A stretch of 64,000 bases of DNA from Candidatus Fermentibacterota bacterium (lineage in GTDB: Bacteria; Fermentibacterota; Fermentibacteria; Fermentibacterales; JCC-6): contig CAWJQI010000005.1 of the NCBI GenBank assembly GCA_963845085.1, positions 813,604 through 877,603 of the forward strand, in the 5' to 3' direction. The position numbers and the translations under genes are program-made. Of this stretch, positions 61,196 through 64,000 are shown piece after piece. Below the pieces are notes generated by a model. That model had not been told where the DNA came from. It saw only the letters and a program-made list of their open reading frames with translations, and did no database searches. Within the stretch, counting starts at the first letter, position 1, and each line of letters starts with the position of its first letter.

Positions 61196-64000
61196 ATTCG
61201 AGGCAGGGCAAGGGAGGGTGCACTGACAGGCACCGAGGGTTTCCCCGAGTACGGCGAACTGGTCGCCATCCTTGAGGAGGGCGCCAGCAGGTTTTCAGGC
61301 ATTCAGGGGCTCTCATCGGGCAGAACCGAAAAACTCATAGACGGCGAGCGCCGCAGGGTTGTGGTTCTCTTCCTTGACCTGGTCGGCTTCACCAGGCTTT
61401 CCGAATCCCTTGATCACGAAGTGCTTCACCGCGTCACAAGCCGCATCATGGGGCTTCTTTCGGCTGTGGTGCGCTCATACGGCGGCTATGTCGACAAGTT
61501 CGAAGGCGACCGCATCATGGTCCTCTTCGGCGCCCGTGTTGCGGCTGAGAATGACAGCGCCCGGGCCACGGCTTGCGCGCTTCGTCTTCTGAGCCTTCTC
61601 ACTGAGCTGTCCCCGATGCTGCCGGCCGGAGGGCTGCCCGCGAGGGTGGGTCTTTCGTGCGGCCCTGTGACTGTGGCGCCCGACGCCGGAGGGCATCTTA
61701 CTGCAATCGGAACGCCGGTGAACCTTGCATCCCGGCTTGAGGAGATGGCCTCGCCGGGAACCGCGCTCGTTGATTCCGCAGTGATGAAGGAATGTGCCGG
61801 GTTGTTCCTCTGGCGCGACGCCGGAGAACTCAGGGTGCGGGGGCTGACCGAGCCCGTACACTGTTTCGAGCCCGTCGAGCCCAACCCGGTCAGGCGTGAA
61901 AGGTGGCACAGGCTGGCCGATCCTTCCCGAGCCCTGATGGTCGGAAGGAAGGAGGAGCTTGATGTTTTGCTTTCGTGGTGGAATGGCTGCCGATCTGGCC
62001 GTGACAACCCCGTTCTCGTCCAGATCACAGGTGAGCCCGGCATTGGCAAGTCCAGGCTTCTTCATGAGTTCATCGCCGGGATCGGCGACGGGGTGTGCAT
62101 ACTGCACGGCCACACCGATCCTTTCACCCAGCCCCCCCTCCATCTCTGGACCGGGCTTCTCAGGGAGCACCTGCTGAACGTTCATGATGGCGCTGCCGAC
62201 ATTGCGGGCGCCCTGGCGGCGCTGGCCGATTCCTGTCCCGACCGGGAAACCGCACAGAGCCTCAGGCAGGTCACCCCTTTGCTCTGCGGTCTTCTGAGCC
62301 GGGACAGGGATGCAGGCCTCGAGACCGGCGGCGACGCAGGCGGGAGAAACTCCGCAGCCATCAGGATACTCGTAGACGCGATCGGTGCGGGCTCGCCCCT
62401 TGTGCTGGCGCTCGAAGACCTTCACTGGATGGATGAACCATCGCTTGCGACCCTGCGTCTGATCCTGTCAGGTGCCGAACGCAGTCGACCCCTGCTCGTA
62501 GTCACCACCGAACGCCCTCCACGGTTCGATCCAGCCGGACTGGCTGTAACCGCAGGCCACATCCCCCTCGAACCGCTGTCGGATGTGGATGTTCTGTCCC
62601 TCGCACTCCGTCTGATTGATCCCTCGGAAACAAGCGATGCCACGATAGACCTCGGTGCCGGCGACCTCATCATCCGGGGGGCGAGGGGAAACCCCTTCTT
62701 CGCTGAAGAGCTTACGCTCGGCCTTCTCGATTCGGGAAACCTCAAGGAGGGGCCCGACGGAGAGTGGCTTCTTACGGTTCACCCATGGGAAATAGTGGTT
62801 CCCGACTCGGTTCAGGGGCTGGTGCAGGCACGGATAGACAGGCTTCCCAGCCGCGAGAGAATGGTTCTGCACTTCGCTTCCGTCCAGGGTGCGGTGTTCC
62901 GGACCGATGTTCTCGAGATGTCGATCAGGGATTACGAGCCCGGCCTCGATGTGTCGGCTTCCGTGGCGGAGCTTTGCTCGATGGGATTTCTGTCACGGGG
63001 CGGGGGGGAGATCCGCGCGTTCCGGCACGACCTTGTTCAAAAGGCTTCCTACGGTACGATGCTGCGCCACAACAGACGCGTCGTCCACCGGAGCGTGGCC
63101 GGGGCAATCGAAAAGCTTCCGCCCGAGGAGAGGATGGCTCTGGGACCGGCGCTGTTCCGCCACTGGAGGGAGGCCGGCGAGATCCCGAAAGCGCTGGAGT
63201 GCGCCCCGGATGCGATGAACACCGCCGGTGACGGCGGGCAGATTGAGGAGGCGCTCCGCATCTCCAGGTGGATACTGGATGTGACGGAAGACGACACATC
63301 CGACCGGGGCTTCCAGGCGAAGATGAAGGCGCTTGCCACCAGGCAGTCCCTGCTCTACCGTGCGGGGCGCAACGATGAAGCGGGTGCGGTGGTCGCCGAG
63401 ATGCTTGCGGCGGCGGCGGGCAATGTCCACTGGGAGGCCGAGGCTCTCAGGGCAAAGGCCATCGGCCTGCACGAGGCAGGCTTCATGGACCGGGTCGAAC
63501 CTCTTCTCACCGAGGCTCTCTCGAAGGCGGCTGAAGCAGGCTCGGAGGAGCTTGCCGGGAGGATCCTCGGATCGCTTGCAAACTACCACAGCGACACGGG
63601 CAACCTTGAAGAAGCGCTGAGCCTGTTCCAAAGATCGCTCGCAATACGGGAACGGCTGTTTGACAAACCCAAGACCGGCGTTCTCTTCAGCAACATCGCC
63701 AACCTGTACTCGCGGACGGGAAATTACGCACTCTCCGAGGAGTACTACAGGAAGGCGGTTGAAATACACACTTCACAGGGCGACAGGGTCAGCCTGGGTT
63801 ACGCCCTCAACGGCCTTGCCATCTGCCTCGCCAGGGCAGGCAGTGTCGATGAAGCCGGCGGGATCTTCATGCAGGCCCTTTCGGCACATACCGACACAGG
63901 AAACAGGAGGGAACAGGCAGCCGTTCTGACCAACCTCGGAACGCTTGCCAAGATGCGTGGGGACTACGAGACCTCGCTCGCCTACCGGACCCGCTCTCTC
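61196..64000 (+). CDS. class III adenylate/guanylate cyclase domain - AAA+ (STAND-like) ATPase - TPR protein; no canonical start codon, runs off window end
   Basis: Frame opens right after a TAA at 61193-95. CHD core RRVVVLFLDLVGFT...DKFEGDRIMVLFG...GTPVNLASRLE. P-loop GEPGIGKS. C-terminal TPR-like repeats. No ATG/GTG/TTG upstream of the CHD first strand; first in-frame ATG ~61447. Confidence 0.65.
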   Translation, partial: MRGRAREGALTGTEGFPEYGELVAILEEGASRFSGIQGLSSGRTEKLIDGERRRVVVLFLDLVGFTRLSESLDHEVLHRVTSRIMGLLSAVVRSYGGYVDKFEGDRIMVLFGARVAAENDSARATACALRLLSLLTELSPMLPAGGLPARVGLSCGPVTVAPDAGGHLTAIGTPVNLASRLEEMASPGTALVDSAVMKECAGLFLWRDAGELRVRGLTEPVHCFEPVEPNPVRRERWHRLADPSRALMVGRKEELDVLLSWWNGCRSGRDNPVLVQITGEPGIGKSRLLHEFIAGIGDGVCILHGHTDPFTQPPLHLWTGLLREHLLNVHDGAADIAGALAALADSCPDRETAQSLRQVTPLLCGLLSRDRDAGLETGGDAGGRNSAAIRILVDAIGAGSPLVLALEDLHWMDEPSLATLRLILSGAERSRPLLVVTTERPPRFDPAGLAVTAGHIPLEPLSDVDVLSLALRLIDPSETSDATIDLGAGDLIIRGARGNPFFAEELTLGLLDSGNLKEGPDGEWLLTVHPWEIVVPDSVQGLVQARIDRLPSRERMVLHFASVQGAVFRTDVLEMSIRDYEPGLDVSASVAELCSMGFLSRGGGEIRAFRHDLVQKASYGTMLRHNRRVVHRSVAGAIEKLPPEERMALGPALFRHWREAGEIPKALECAPDAMNTAGDGGQIEEALRISRWILDVTEDDTSDRGFQAKMKALATRQSLLYRAGRNDEAGAVVAEMLAAAAGNVHWEAEALRAKAIGLHEAGFMDRVEPLLTEALSKAAEAGSEELAGRILGSLANYHSDTGNLEEALSLFQRSLAIRERLFDKPKTGVLFSNIANLYSRTGNYALSEEYYRKAVEIHTSQGDRVSLGYALNGLAICLARAGSVDEAGGIFMQALSAHTDTGNRREQAAVLTNLGTLAKMRGDYETSLAYRTRSL

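Overview
This is a high-GC (roughly 60-65%) bacterial chromosomal segment. It probably comes from an uncultivated FCB-group/Gemmatimonadota-like lineage: it carries type IX secretion signatures (a PorV/UPF0164-like barrel, at least four proteins with Por_Secre_tail-type C-terminal sorting domains, two GWxTD-domain proteins). Core genes: UbiA-family prenyltransferase, then ispE - tRNA-Gln(UUG) - rplY/ctc - pth, a DnaQ-like exonuclease, murA, a TolB-like lipoprotein, an ABC-F ATPase, a TBDR-ExbB-ExbD-ExbD-TonB operon, HAD/M28/PNPOx genes, bcp, pruA, a hybrid PAS histidine kinase, a HAMP-PP2C phosphatase, and a 3'-partial cyclase-AAA-TPR gene. Two accessory loci stand out. (i) A visibly lower-GC ~3.8 kb island (44.4-48.2 kb) holds a DinJ-YafQ toxin-antitoxin pair, a beta-propeller lipoprotein, an unlisted 45-aa Cys-periodic peptide ORF and a radical SAM/SPASM enzyme with an N-terminal RRE-like extension (RiPP-like cluster). 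(ii) A minus-strand operon (54.9-58.7 kb) has four tandem paralogous Cys-motif signal-anchored proteins (the 4th frameshifted), translationally coupled to a second radical SAM/SPASM enzyme and a zinc-ribbon membrane protein. Other points: a decayed FG-GAP/T9SS pseudogene, an AT-rich insertion abutting the start-less cyclase gene, and a desulforedoxin-like 54-aa ORF missed by the 60-aa cutoff. I saw no CRISPR array, rRNA, or intact integrase/transposase. Coordinates of features found by eye (hairpins, small ORFs) were anchored to ORF-track coordinates but may be off by a few nt.
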